This document shows positions 9,904 through 19,902 of a stretch of 64,000 nt of DNA, one piece after another. The DNA is taken from positions 64,001 through 128,000 of the forward strand of contig CAZSOZ010000002.1 of the NCBI GenBank assembly GCA_964608675.1, in the 5' to 3' direction. Each line of letters starts with the position of its first letter. Within the stretch, counting starts at the first letter, position 1. The position numbers and the translations under genes were made by a program. The notes under the pieces were generated by a model. That model searched no databases. It saw only the letters and a program-made list of their open reading frames with translations, and was not told the origin of the DNA. This DNA comes from an uncultured archaeon. Its GTDB lineage: Archaea; Iainarchaeota; Iainarchaeia; Iainarchaeales; 1-14-0-10-31-34.

Positions 9904-10130
9904 ATTTGAACAAAAAATTTTTGCTTTTGGTTTTTGTTTTGACTGCAGTTTTGTTGAGCGGATGCTTTAAGCCGGACACACTTGAACAAAAAGAACCAAA
10001 AACCACTCAAAAAGAACAAACTCAAAAAGATTCTTTGTCTTCAGATGAAGAAATTGATTCTTTGTTTGAAGAAGAACTTGAAAGCCTTTCCGAAGAAAAT
10101 TTAACTGGCTTAGAAGAAGAATTAACTTAA
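9900..10130 (+). CDS. Small lipoprotein with an acidic tail
   Basis: Lipobox LLSG-C after a hydrophobic stretch, GGTGA SD, overlaps the upstream stop. Confidence 0.8.
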   Translation: MNLNKKFLLLVFVLTAVLLSGCFKPDTLEQKEPKTTQKEQTQKDSLSSDEEIDSLFEEELESLSEENLTGLEEELT

Positions 10131-10147
10131 TTCTTCTTCTTTTTTTG
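10112..10147 (+). terminator. Hairpin plus oligo-T terminator
   Basis: AGAAGAAGAATTAA-C-TTAATTCTTCTTCT perfect 14-bp inverted repeat across the stop codon, followed by a T-run. Confidence 0.7.
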
Positions 10148-10236
10148 TTTTTGCTTAATTTATTTTTTTAGTTTTTTCTTTTTCTGTTTTTTTTTTGACC
10201 GCAATAAATATAAATCATTAAATCGTATTCTATTAG

Positions 10237-12930
10237 ATGAATTCATCAAAAATCTTTGTTTTGATTGCATTCCTTTTATTTTTTTCAGTTAATGTTTCAG
10301 CTGAATTCAAGTTTATTATTTCAAATGTTTCAGTTACTACTATTGCTAATCCTACCGGCGGTTCTAATGGTCCAAATGCACCGGGTCAAAACGCTTATTA
10401 TTCTTATCCTCCTTATGTGACTTTAGAGGAAGGAAATCCTCATGACTGGATTGAATTAAAATTCACTATTACTAATGATTCAACTCTTTTAGGGGAAGAC
10501 AGAGAAGTAAATGATTTTCGTTTAAGAATCGGGCTTTATAGGCTTTCTGATCCAAGCGTGTATGAAGCAAATTTTCCTGATTCGCATGGCGACTGGAGTC
10601 AAGTGCATAACATTTTTATTGAATATCACTGGGATGAAGACAACAGTTTTTATTTTGATTCAGACGGTCCTTTTTTTAGAGGAGACACAAGACAATTTAC
10701 TGTTCCTGTTCCAATCAACAACGTTGAAAACACGATTTCTGAATATCAAAGAAGATTTATTGGAGTTTTTGGTTTAACAACTGAAGGCGGAACTACAATT
10801 GATGTTCAGGTTCCAACAATTGACATTTATGTTCATGACCCTGAATTTGTGCCTGAACCAGTAGTTAATGACATTGATGCTTTTCTTGATCCTATAACCT
10901 GTTATGATTCAGGCGCTCCTGTTTTGCCTGCTCCTGGTTCAGGAACAGTTAATCCTTATGATCCAATAAGATGTGATTTACATGATTCTAATACAGTTTA
11001 TTATGAAGTAATGATTGAAGACGTTAATTCAATGCATGATGGAACAAACTATTATTTGACTGCTGATTCAATTGTTTTAAGTTGTTTTACTTTTAGTTAT
11101 TCAAATGGAGTTTTAGGAGGAAATCAAAGAGTTAATCATTCTTTTAGAGGGTATCCTTCAAATCCTACTCCTGGGTTTGGAGGAATTGTTTATGAAGGCT
11201 TTCCTGCAAGCTGTGATTTTTTGCATTATGCTTCAGAACAACCAATGCATTCTGATTGCGGTATTTTTGGAGGGTCAGCTTATACAGGTGTTCCGGAATA
11301 TTCTGTCCCTCCTAATTACATTGAAATCCCTGATTGCCCTGCTGGTTCAGATTGTCCTTTACAGGATCAAAACGTTTATTATAATGTTAATAATTTGACT
11401 TTTGAAAAATTTTTGGATCCTGCTGTTTACACTTTTTCTTTCGGAGACCAAAAAATTTTTAAGGGAACTTTTACTAATGCTGAAACAGGAGGAAACATGA
11501 AGTGTACCGGCTGGGTTAACTATAAAGTTTTTGATTCAACTGGAAATATTGTAAGGTCAATTCAAGGAAGCCAGTCTGGAGATAATACTTTAATTCATGA
11601 TGGAAGCAACACTCGTTCTTATGATGGAACGCATGACATTGGAGATTATTATGCACATATAATTAAGCTTGCAGGCCATGATGCTTTTGTTGTAAGAGGA
11701 ACAGGAAATTTTGCTGCTTTAAGTTCTTTTGTAAGACCTTTACAGCCTTGGGTTGTTCAGATTCCAATAAGAAATAATGGAGCTCCATGGAATGGAGCAA
11801 ATCCAAAAGACATATTATATATTGACATTAATCTTTTGTCTGATGACTGGGGAGACATGCCAAGCAAGACTTTTCTTTTAGATGGAAGCGATAGCCAGCA
11901 TACTTTAAATACTGATGAAGAAAAATTCTTTTATCCTGAGTTTGCAGTTAATAAAGGATGGTATCATCAGTTTTTGGAAGCAGCTGCAATGAAAGCAAAA
12001 CTGTATAATGAAAAAGGATGGATTTATGATTTGACTCCTGATGAAAGAATAAGCAATTTGCGTTTAATTACAATTTTGCATCCAATATGGAATGATTATT
12101 TTAATGACCTGTATGGACCCGGAGCATGTTTTACTATGCAAAGCATTGATAAATTATGCTGGTGGAACAGTTTAACTTGGAATACTGCTTTTGATTTGAA
12201 TGCAGGAGAAGACTATAATTTTGTTTTAAGGTTAAGGAATCCTTTTGATACAAGTGAACCCTTTAAATTAAGTTATGAAACAAGCAATCCAAACAGCGCC
12301 AGACTTGAATTTGAGCCTGAAACAAATCTTGTTCCTCCTTTTAGTTCTCCTCTTGGTTTTGGCTACAAATATGCAAAATTAATTTTAAAGAATCCTAATA
12401 TAATTCATGGAGATATAAATTATAATGTTTTAGATACCTCTGTTAATTATCCTTTTGTTTGGGATAACTTGGACATGCAATTAAGAAGTTATTCTCATAA
12501 TTTAAAGCTTGAAGACTTTAAGGTTGTTCCTGAAAAAAAGCGTTATTCTTTGGGGGAAGAACTTGATTTTCAGTTTGTTATAAGAAACACAGGAGACAAG
12601 AAAGCTGAAGACATTAATTTTATGGTGGTTTCTTCTATGGATCCTACTGTAAGATTTTATGCTCCTGCAAACACTGATATTCCTGCAGGAGGAGCAATCA
12701 CTGTAAAGAATCCTTCAAACCAAAAGCTTCCGGCAATTCCCTACAAAGGAGTGTTTTTTGTTGAAGCAACAGTTAAAAAACTTCCAAATGAATTTGATGG
12801 TTCAGATAACGATGCATTAATTTATCTTGAAACAGAATATTCAGGAGATATTTCAAATCTGCCGGAAATTCCGGTATGGTTTACTGTATTTATTGTTTTA
12901 ATTGTATTGTTAGTGGTGAAAAAAAAATGA
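10237..12930 (+). CDS. Large cell-surface protein with a C-terminal CARDB/Ig-like domain and PEF-CTERM-like anchor
   Basis: Signal peptide (VSA), beta-rich N/Y/P/G composition, FVIRNTGDKKAED...NEFDGSDN (CARDB-like) and terminal LPEIP+TM+KKK. Confidence 0.8.
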   Translation: MNSSKIFVLIAFLLFFSVNVSAEFKFIISNVSVTTIANPTGGSNGPNAPGQNAYYSYPPYVTLEEGNPHDWIELKFTITNDSTLLGEDREVNDFRLRIGLYRLSDPSVYEANFPDSHGDWSQVHNIFIEYHWDEDNSFYFDSDGPFFRGDTRQFTVPVPINNVENTISEYQRRFIGVFGLTTEGGTTIDVQVPTIDIYVHDPEFVPEPVVNDIDAFLDPITCYDSGAPVLPAPGSGTVNPYDPIRCDLHDSNTVYYEVMIEDVNSMHDGTNYYLTADSIVLSCFTFSYSNGVLGGNQRVNHSFRGYPSNPTPGFGGIVYEGFPASCDFLHYASEQPMHSDCGIFGGSAYTGVPEYSVPPNYIEIPDCPAGSDCPLQDQNVYYNVNNLTFEKFLDPAVYTFSFGDQKIFKGTFTNAETGGNMKCTGWVNYKVFDSTGNIVRSIQGSQSGDNTLIHDGSNTRSYDGTHDIGDYYAHIIKLAGHDAFVVRGTGNFAALSSFVRPLQPWVVQIPIRNNGAPWNGANPKDILYIDINLLSDDWGDMPSKTFLLDGSDSQHTLNTDEEKFFYPEFAVNKGWYHQFLEAAAMKAKLYNEKGWIYDLTPDERISNLRLITILHPIWNDYFNDLYGPGACFTMQSIDKLCWWNSLTWNTAFDLNAGEDYNFVLRLRNPFDTSEPFKLSYETSNPNSARLEFEPETNLVPPFSSPLGFGYKYAKLILKNPNIIHGDINYNVLDTSVNYPFVWDNLDMQLRSYSHNLKLEDFKVVPEKKRYSLGEELDFQFVIRNTGDKKAEDINFMVVSSMDPTVRFYAPANTDIPAGGAITVKNPSNQKLPAIPYKGVFFVEATVKKLPNEFDGSDNDALIYLETEYSGDISNLPEIPVWFTVFIVLIVLLVVKKK

Positions 12931-13598
12931 AAAAAATTTTGGTTTTATTTTTGGCATTAATTTTCTTGTTTTCTTTTGTTTATTCAGATGAATCAGAGCC
13001 TTACTCCAAAGAAGATTTCAAACAGAGAATTGAAAAAGCACTGGAATACAATTTGCAGGAAGCACATTTGATTGCTGATTCAGGCAATTCAGAAGCATTA
13101 GGAAAAAACCTTGCCAGATTAAATGAATTAAAGCCTCAAGCAATAAAAGAATACAATGAATTTTATGATGCTTATTATAAAGGAAATTTGAATAAAGTAA
13201 TTGAACAGACAGAAAAATTAGAGAAAATTTTTGATGAAATGAATTCTTTAATGGTTACAGTAATTAAGTTTGAAGGAATTTACAGAAACATTTTTACTTG
13301 GAGGCTTCAGCTTGAAAGACTAATTCAAAACAAGGCATTTAATCCAAAAGACGAAAATTATTCAGAAAACATTACTGCAGTAAAAGAAAACACTGGTTCA
13401 GTTCAGGATATAACTGACTGCTGTAAAACACAGTCTGAATCAAATTGCTGTAAAGCAAAAAAGAAAGCTTTGTTCTGCCAGCAAAACCCTGAAGCAAAAG
13501 AATGCAGTGAAAAAGAATTTGATTTCATTATTGTTTTTGTAGTTATTGCTGTAATTCTTGCTTCAGCTTTAATTTATTTCCTGTTTGTCAAGAAATAA
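12927..13598 (+). CDS. Exported helical protein with a C-terminal membrane anchor and Cys cluster
   Basis: ATGA overlap with the upstream gene, MKKILVLFLALIFL signal, CCx7CC and FCQQNPEAKEC, terminal TM+KK. Confidence 0.8.
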   Translation: MKKILVLFLALIFLFSFVYSDESEPYSKEDFKQRIEKALEYNLQEAHLIADSGNSEALGKNLARLNELKPQAIKEYNEFYDAYYKGNLNKVIEQTEKLEKIFDEMNSLMVTVIKFEGIYRNIFTWRLQLERLIQNKAFNPKDENYSENITAVKENTGSVQDITDCCKTQSESNCCKAKKKALFCQQNPEAKECSEKEFDFIIVFVVIAVILASALIYFLFVKK

Positions 13599-13691
13599 AA
13601 AATGCCATCAAAAACTGTCATTCATTTATTAAATTTTCCCTTTACTTTTTTTATTAATTAATTTTTTTATTTTTTTTTTAGGAGGAATTTT

Positions 13692-14945
13692 ATGCCGGAT
13701 ATAAAGGATGAAAAGCTTTCAGAAAAAGGAAAGCAGAGAATTGAATGGGCAGAAAAACACATGCCTGTTTTAAGGTTGATTAAAGAAAGATTTGAAAAAG
13801 AAAAACCCTTAAAAGGATTAAAAATTGGGTGCTGTCTGCATGTTACAACTGAAACAGCTAACTTAATGAGAACATTAAAAGCTGGGGGAGCAGAAGTAAA
13901 ATTGTGTGCTTCAAATCCTTTAAGTACTCAGGATGACGTTGCAGCAGCTTTAGTAAAAGAATATGGAATAGATGTTTATGCAATTACAGGAGAAAGCAAT
14001 GAAATTTATTATCAGCATATTAATTCTGTTTTGGATTCAAAACCTAATATTACTATGGATGATGGAGCAGATTTAGTTTCAACAATTCATTCAAAAAGAA
14101 AAGAGTGCCTTGAAGGTATTCTTGCAGGCACAGAAGAAACTACAACAGGAGTCATTAGATTTAAGGCAATGGAACGAGACAAAGTATTAAAGTACCCTAT
14201 TATTGCAGTAAATGATGCAACCACAAAATTCATGTTTGACAACAGGTATGGTACTGGTCAAAGCACTTTAGACGGCATTATTAGGGCAACAAATATTTTG
14301 TTGGCAGGAAAAAATGTTGTTGTAGCAGGATACGGCTGGTGTGGAAGAGGTTTTGCATTAAAAGCAAAAGGATTAGGAGCAAATGTAATTATAACAGAAG
14401 TTGATCATTTGAAGGCTTTGGAAGCAAGAATGGATGGTTTTAGAGTTAAACCTATGAATGATGCATGCAAAATAGCAGATTTGATTGTAACTTTAACCGG
14501 CGACATTAATGTAATCGACAAACATCATTTTGAATTAATGAAACCTGAATGTATTATATGCAATTCAGGGCATTTCAATGTAGAAATAAATATTGCTGAA
14601 CTAGAAAAAATGAAGAAATCAAAAAGAAAAGCAAGAGATTTTGTTGAAGAATATGTTTTGCAGGACAACAAAAGAATTTATATTTTAGGTGAAGGAAGAC
14701 TGATTAATTTAGCTGCAGCAGAAGGCCATCCTGCAGATGTAATGGACATGAGTTTTGCAAATCAGGCTTTGTCAGCAGAATTTATTTCAAAAAACAAAGG
14801 AAAACTTGAAGTAAAAGTTCATGTTGTGCCGGAAGAATTAGACAAACAGATTGCAAAATTAAAGCTTGAATCAATGGGAATTAAAATTGACACTTTAACA
14901 GAAGAACAAAAAAAATATTTGGCTTCATGGGAAATGGGAACATAA
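13692..14945 (+). CDS. ahcY: S-adenosylhomocysteine hydrolase
   Basis: [31 protein letters not shown] and [10 protein letters not shown]; GGAGG SD. Confidence 0.98.
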   Translation: MPDIKDEKLSEKGKQRIEWAEKHMPVLRLIKERFEKEKPLKGLKIGCCLHVTTETANLMRTLKAGGAEVKLCASNPLSTQDDVAAALVKEYGIDVYAITGESNEIYYQHINSVLDSKPNITMDDGADLVSTIHSKRKECLEGILAGTEETTTGVIRFKAMERDKVLKYPIIAVNDATTKFMFDNRYGTGQSTLDGIIRATNILLAGKNVVVAGYGWCGRGFALKAKGLGANVIITEVDHLKALEARMDGFRVKPMNDACKIADLIVTLTGDINVIDKHHFELMKPECIICNSGHFNVEINIAELEKMKKSKRKARDFVEEYVLQDNKRIYILGEGRLINLAAAEGHPADVMDMSFANQALSAEFISKNKGKLEVKVHVVPEELDKQIAKLKLESMGIKIDTLTEEQKKYLASWEMGT

Positions 14946-15126
14946 GCTTTAAATAGTTCTTTTAACTACTTTTAAGTTCAAGAAGGGTTTGAATAATTAA
15001 AAAATAAAACCCGTAAAAAAAAACTAAAATATCAAAAAAAAAGAGATTTAAATTAAATCATTATTTAAAAAAATTTCTTTTCCAAAAAAAAACAAAAATA
15101 ATTTTTTTTAGGAGGATTTGATTAAA

Positions 15127-15372
15127 ATGCCAAAAAAGAAAAAAAAGAAAACTAAAAAGAAGGCAGCAAAAAAAACCAGAAAGAAAAAAACTGCAGGAAA
15201 AACAAAAAAGAAAAAATCCACAGAAAAAAAAATAACAAGAAAGCCTGCAAAAAAAACAACTAAAAAACAGCTTGTCCCCAAAAAAACCACAAGCAAACTT
15301 AAAAAGGAAGACAAACCAAAAAAGTTTTCTGAAACAATAATGGATTTGTTAAGAGAATTTGACAAGCACTAA
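15127..15372 (+). CDS. Histone H1-like Lys/Thr/Ala-rich small protein
   Basis: MPKKKKKKTKKKAAKKTRKKK..., GGAGG SD upstream and a short amphipathic C-terminal helix. Confidence 0.75.
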   Translation: MPKKKKKKTKKKAAKKTRKKKTAGKTKKKKSTEKKITRKPAKKTTKKQLVPKKTTSKLKKEDKPKKFSETIMDLLREFDKH

Positions 15373-15403
15373 ATAAAATGTTTTCCTTTTTTATTTTTTA
15401 TTT

Positions 15404-15886
15404 ATGAGAAAACTTAAGTCAATTAAAACTTTTACTCCTAATTCTTTAAGTGAATGGTATAAAATAAGAAATCCTTTTAGGATTGCATTTAATTTCATTT
15501 TAATTTTTTTATGCCGTTATTTTCCTTCTTTTGGAGTTAAAAGATTTTTATTGCGTTTGACAGGAATGAAAGTAGGAAAAAATGTTTCGGTTTCTGCTTT
15601 AGTTACTTTTGATTTTTTTTGGCCTGAATTAATTGAAATAAAAGACAATGCAATTATCGGATTTAATTCAACTGTTTTAGCTCACGAATTTTTAATTAAA
15701 GAATACCGGACAGGAAAAGTAATAATAGGAAAAAATGTTTTAATTGGTGCAAACTCAACTGTTTTGGCAGGAGTTTTAATTGGAGACAATTCTGTTGTAG
15801 GTGCAATGAGTTTAGTTAACAGGGATGTTCCCAACAAAACTTTTTTTGCAGGAGTACCTGCAAGGCACATTAAAAAAATTCTTTAA
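15404..15886 (+). CDS. Hexapeptide-repeat (left-handed beta-helix) acyltransferase
   Basis: IGKNVLIGANSTVLAGVLIGDNSVVGAMSLVNRDVP...GVPAR. Confidence 0.9.
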   Translation: MRKLKSIKTFTPNSLSEWYKIRNPFRIAFNFILIFLCRYFPSFGVKRFLLRLTGMKVGKNVSVSALVTFDFFWPELIEIKDNAIIGFNSTVLAHEFLIKEYRTGKVIIGKNVLIGANSTVLAGVLIGDNSVVGAMSLVNRDVPNKTFFAGVPARHIKKIL

Positions 15887-15950
15887 ATCTATTTTTGAAC
15901 CCAAATAAATAAAAGCACTTAAATCATTTTTTTTATAGGAGTTGGTTGAA

Positions 15951-16316
15951 ATGAATGAATTTGAAGTAAAGTTATCTGGATTTCAGGAAGTAGATGAAAT
16001 AGATAAAAACAAAATAACAGAAAACTGCAGTAAATTTTATGTTAAACACAACAAAAAACTCAAAAACATTGAATTCATTGAAATTTATTTGAAAGACTAT
16101 CAGAAAGAAGGAAACAGAAAAAAGTTTTCTGTGCGTTCTACTTTGGGTTTCAGCGGTACAAGTTTAAGTTCAAAGGCATTTGACTGGAATTTAGCTAAAG
16201 CAGTTGATTCAAGCTTAAAAAAACTTGAAAGCGAAATAAAAAGAAATTTTTTAGGAAAAATTTCAGAAAAAAATAAAAATGAAATAAGAAGAAACAAGAA
16301 AAGATTAAGCACTTAA
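15951..16316 (+). CDS. Stand-alone HPF/RaiA-fold ribosome-associated protein (archaeal type)
   Basis: beta-alpha-beta-beta-beta-alpha pattern; KKFSVRSTL...AFDWNLAKAVDSSLKKLESEIKR resembles the HPF domain. Confidence 0.65.
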   Translation: MNEFEVKLSGFQEVDEIDKNKITENCSKFYVKHNKKLKNIEFIEIYLKDYQKEGNRKKFSVRSTLGFSGTSLSSKAFDWNLAKAVDSSLKKLESEIKRNFLGKISEKNKNEIRRNKKRLST

Positions 16317-17215
16317 AACTGAACAATTCTTTTGAATTCTTCAAATCTTCCTTTTATTTTGAATTGGTTGATGAAATTCATGTTGGTTACTCCCATTCCT
16401 TCTGCTTCAAGGGAAGCAAGAATTGAACCATAAACCATTGCTCTTCTAATGTTTTCTTCGTTTACTTTGTTTTCTTTTGCAAGATAGCCGATTAATGCTC
16501 CTGCAAAACTGTCTCCTGCGCCTGTTGGATCCTTAATGTCTTCCAAAGGATAGCCTGGCAAAGAAAAATGACTGTTTTTTGTGAACATCACTGAACCATG
16601 TTCGCCTTTTTTTATTATTGCGTAGTCTGAATCAAGTTTTAGGATTTCTTTTGCTGCTTTAACTAAATTTGTTGTAGTAAACAACTGCCTTGCTTCTCCG
16701 TCGTTCATTAAAGCAATATCCACTTCTTTAACTACTTTTTTTACTAATGATTCCTTGTTTTTAATCCAGAAATTCATAGTGTCATTTACAACTAATTCAG
16801 GTTCTTTTATTTGTTCAAGAATATTTAATTGTGTTTCAGGATCAATGTTTCCCAAAAAAACATATTTTGCCTGTTTATATTCTTCAGGAATGTCGGGCTG
16901 AAAGTCTTGCATTACATTTAATTCTGTTTTAATTGTTTCAGCTTTATTTAAATCAAATTCGTATTTTCCCTGCCATCTGAAAGTTTTTCCTTCTTTTTTT
17001 TCTATTCCTTTTAAGTCTATGCCTCTTCTTTTCATTAAATCCAAGTGCTCTTGAGGAAAATCTGTTCCAATTACTCCTACTATTCCTGTTTTAGCAAAAA
17101 AACTTGAAGCAATAGAAGAATAAACTGCAGAGCCCCCCAAAGTATTTAATATTTTTCCAAAAGGAGTTTCAATGCTGTCTAATCCAATGCTTCCTACAAT
17201 TAATACATCAATCAT
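16313..17215 (-). CDS. PfkB-family carbohydrate/nucleoside kinase
   Basis: VGSIGLDSIETPFG, LGGSA and DPTGAGDSFAGA. Confidence 0.93.
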   Translation of the reverse strand: MIDVLIVGSIGLDSIETPFGKILNTLGGSAVYSSIASSFFAKTGIVGVIGTDFPQEHLDLMKRRGIDLKGIEKKEGKTFRWQGKYEFDLNKAETIKTELNVMQDFQPDIPEEYKQAKYVFLGNIDPETQLNILEQIKEPELVVNDTMNFWIKNKESLVKKVVKEVDIALMNDGEARQLFTTTNLVKAAKEILKLDSDYAIIKKGEHGSVMFTKNSHFSLPGYPLEDIKDPTGAGDSFAGALIGYLAKENKVNEENIRRAMVYGSILASLEAEGMGVTNMNFINQFKIKGRFEEFKRIVQF

Positions 17216-17277
17216 TTTATCACGTAAAAAAAATCTGTTCAAAAACTTTAAAATACTGTTTATTATTCTTGTTTTTT

Positions 17278-18111
17278 ATGCCTGAAAAGCTTTTAATTGG
17301 AACAGCCGGAATTCCTTTAAGCACTAAGAACCCTTCAACTAAAAATGGAATTAAGAGAGTAAAAGAATTGAATTTAGATTGCATGGAATTAGAGTTTGTA
17401 AGAAGAATTCATGTTTCAGAAGAAAAAGCTCCTGAAATAAAAAAAACAGCAGAAAAAGAAAAAATAGAGTTAACTGTTCATGCGCCTTATTACATTAACC
17501 TTAATTCTGATGAAACAAAAAAATATCATGCTTCAATTCATTACATTTATTCTTCTGCCAGAATAGGAAGCTTGTGTGGAGCAAAAAGCATTACTTTTCA
17601 TGCAGGATATTACATGAAACAGGAACCAAAAAAAGTTTTTGAAAAAATAAAAAAAGGAACAAAAGAAATTCAAAACAAATTAAAAGATGAAGGAATTGAA
17701 ATCTGGTTAAGGCCTGAAACAACAGGCAAACCAGTTCAATGGGGTTCAATTGAAGAAATTGTTTCTTTGTCAGAAGAAATTGAATTAGTTCAGCCCTGCA
17801 TTGATTTTTCTCATTTGTTTGCAAGAAGTGCAGGGAAAAAAAATTCAAAAGAATATTTTGATTCAGTTCTTTCTTTAATTGAATCAAGACTTGGAAAAAA
17901 AGCTTTAAATGAACTTCATATTCATTTAAGCGGAATCGCTTTTTCCGCTAAAGGAGAAAAAAATCATTTAATTTTAAATGAAAGCAGTTTAAATTACAAA
18001 GCAGTTTTAAAGGCATTAAAAGACTTTAAAGTTAAAGGCTGGCTTGTTTGTGAAAGCCCAAACATAGAAGAAGATGCCCTGCTTTTAAAAAAAGAATTTG
18101 AAAAAATTTAA
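17278..18111 (+). CDS. nfo: Endonuclease IV (AP endonuclease, TIM barrel), archaeal type
   Basis: HAPYYINLNS, FHAGYY, RPETTGK, CIDFSH and VCESP. Confidence 0.9.
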   Translation: MPEKLLIGTAGIPLSTKNPSTKNGIKRVKELNLDCMELEFVRRIHVSEEKAPEIKKTAEKEKIELTVHAPYYINLNSDETKKYHASIHYIYSSARIGSLCGAKSITFHAGYYMKQEPKKVFEKIKKGTKEIQNKLKDEGIEIWLRPETTGKPVQWGSIEEIVSLSEEIELVQPCIDFSHLFARSAGKKNSKEYFDSVLSLIESRLGKKALNELHIHLSGIAFSAKGEKNHLILNESSLNYKAVLKALKDFKVKGWLVCESPNIEEDALLLKKEFEKI

Positions 18112-18764
18112 TTTTGTTTTTCTATTTCTTTGATGATTTTATTGAATTCAGGTTTTATTTCTTCAATTTTTGGTTCAGCGTTAACTTCTTTTAACAAACT
18201 TTTTTCTTTATAGTAATCAATTAAAGGTTTAGTTTGTTTTTTGTACGCTTGAAGCCTTGCTTTAATAGCTTCAGGTTTATCGTCATCCCTTGTATTTAGT
18301 TTTCCTTTACAGACATCACAGACTCCTTCTTTTTTTGGTTTCATGTAAATTTTGTGGTAAACTTTTCCGCATACACTGCAGTTTAATCTTCCTCCAAGCC
18401 TTTCCAAAGTAGTTTTGTCTGCAATAACAAAATTAATTACTGCATTAATTTTTAAATTCATTTTTTTTATTATGCTTTCAAGCAGTTCAGCCTGCTTTAT
18501 TGTTCTTGGATAGCCGTCCAAAACAAATCCTTTTTCTTTTACTTCACTTATTTTTTTTTTAATTAATTCTGCAATTAATTCATCTGAAACAAGTTTTCCT
18601 GCATTAATTGTTTTTTTTACTTTTTTTCCTAATTCTGATTCAGATTTAACTTCTGTTCTCAACAAGTCTCCTGCACTAATCTGCATTAAACCTTTTGTTT
18701 CACTTAAATATTGTGCAAAAGTTCCTTTTCCTGAACCCTGTTGGCCTAAAAAAATCAAATTCAT
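18108..18764 (-). CDS. adk: Adenylate kinase, bacterial type with Zn-lid
   Basis: GQQGSGKGT, GDLLR, LDGYPRT, CxxC...CxxC lid and RDDDKPE. Confidence 0.95.
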   Translation of the reverse strand: MNLIFLGQQGSGKGTFAQYLSETKGLMQISAGDLLRTEVKSESELGKKVKKTINAGKLVSDELIAELIKKKISEVKEKGFVLDGYPRTIKQAELLESIIKKMNLKINAVINFVIADKTTLERLGGRLNCSVCGKVYHKIYMKPKKEGVCDVCKGKLNTRDDDKPEAIKARLQAYKKQTKPLIDYYKEKSLLKEVNAEPKIEEIKPEFNKIIKEIEKQN

Positions 18765-19032
18765 ATTTTCACTAAAAAAAATAAACCTGCAAAACTTTTT
18801 TAAACTTAGAAACTAAAGTTTATGTATTGATTTTAATGCCCTCAAAAAACCTTCAAAAACACAGTAAATACTTAAAAAAGCAGGATACAAAATGACAAAC
18901 AAACACGGTTTAAAAACAGCAGAAAAAAAAAGGAAAATTTCAATTCAAAGACAATTTAATTAAATACTCCAGAATTGAAGCAGTTGATTCAAAAACAGGC
19001 AAAACAAGAATTTATACTTTCAAAATTCAAAA

Positions 19033-19866
19033 TTAATTTACTTTGAAGTCAATTACTACCTGAATTTTTGTTGCACTAAAAGGCCTGACTTTTCTTTTAT
19101 CCAGAAAAACAAATTTTCTTTTTTGTTTTGCACATTCTTTTTTTGCTCTTGTAATTGCTGTTTCAAAAGCATTTTCTTTTTCTAATACTTGATAAAAATG
19201 AATTACTCCTCCTTTTTTTGCAGTTTTAATTGTTGAACTCAAAAAATTTTCTCCTCCATGAGGCATTGGCATTGCAATTCTGTCAAAAACTTTTTCAAAT
19301 TTTTTTTCAAGTTTGTTTACGTCTTTTTTTATTACTTCAATTTTTTCTTTGCATTTATTTAATTGAATGTTCTTTTTCATCCAGTTAACTGCCTCAGGAT
19401 TTAATTCAACTGCAACAGCTTTCTTCATTTCACTATTTTTGCAGAAAACAATTGGATAAGGTCCTGCTCCTGCAAAAAAGCATCCGATTACTTCATTTTT
19501 TTTAATTAATTTTGAAATCCTAAGCCTTTCATTTGATAATCTAGGCGAAAAAAAAACTTTCCTTACATCAAACTGAAACCTGCATCCTGCTTCTTTGTAG
19601 TCTGCAATAAAATTTTTTTCTCCTGCAATAATTTTTACTGGCTGAATCCTGTATTTTCCTTTGTGTTTTCCTGTAATCCTGCAGACAGTTTTAATGTTTT
19701 TATTTAATTTAATGATTGTGTTTCCAATTAATTTTTCTTTTTTTTTAAGTTCTTGTGGAACTTCAATTACTGCAATATTTCCTAAAGAATCAAAACTTTT
19801 AATGAAATTAGCTTGTTCTTTTTTTGAAAGTTTTTTTTTTAAAACTTGCTTTAAGTTTCCTGCCAT
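19033..19866 (-). CDS. Trm5/Taw2 (Met-10+) tRNA-modifying SAM-dependent transferase
   Basis: SFDSLGNIAVI, KVFFSPRLSNERLRI, FAGAGPY and VELNPEA. Confidence 0.88.
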   Translation of the reverse strand: MAGNLKQVLKKKLSKKEQANFIKSFDSLGNIAVIEVPQELKKKEKLIGNTIIKLNKNIKTVCRITGKHKGKYRIQPVKIIAGEKNFIADYKEAGCRFQFDVRKVFFSPRLSNERLRISKLIKKNEVIGCFFAGAGPYPIVFCKNSEMKKAVAVELNPEAVNWMKKNIQLNKCKEKIEVIKKDVNKLEKKFEKVFDRIAMPMPHGGENFLSSTIKTAKKGGVIHFYQVLEKENAFETAITRAKKECAKQKRKFVFLDKRKVRPFSATKIQVVIDFKVN

Positions 19867-19902
19867 AAAAAGAAATTGAATGAAATGCTTTTTAATTACT
19901 TT

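Noticed and set aside
18836-19036. Stop-codon recoding
   Set aside because: The frame contains both TGA and TAA, and conserved genes in the window end normally at TGA, TAA and TAG.
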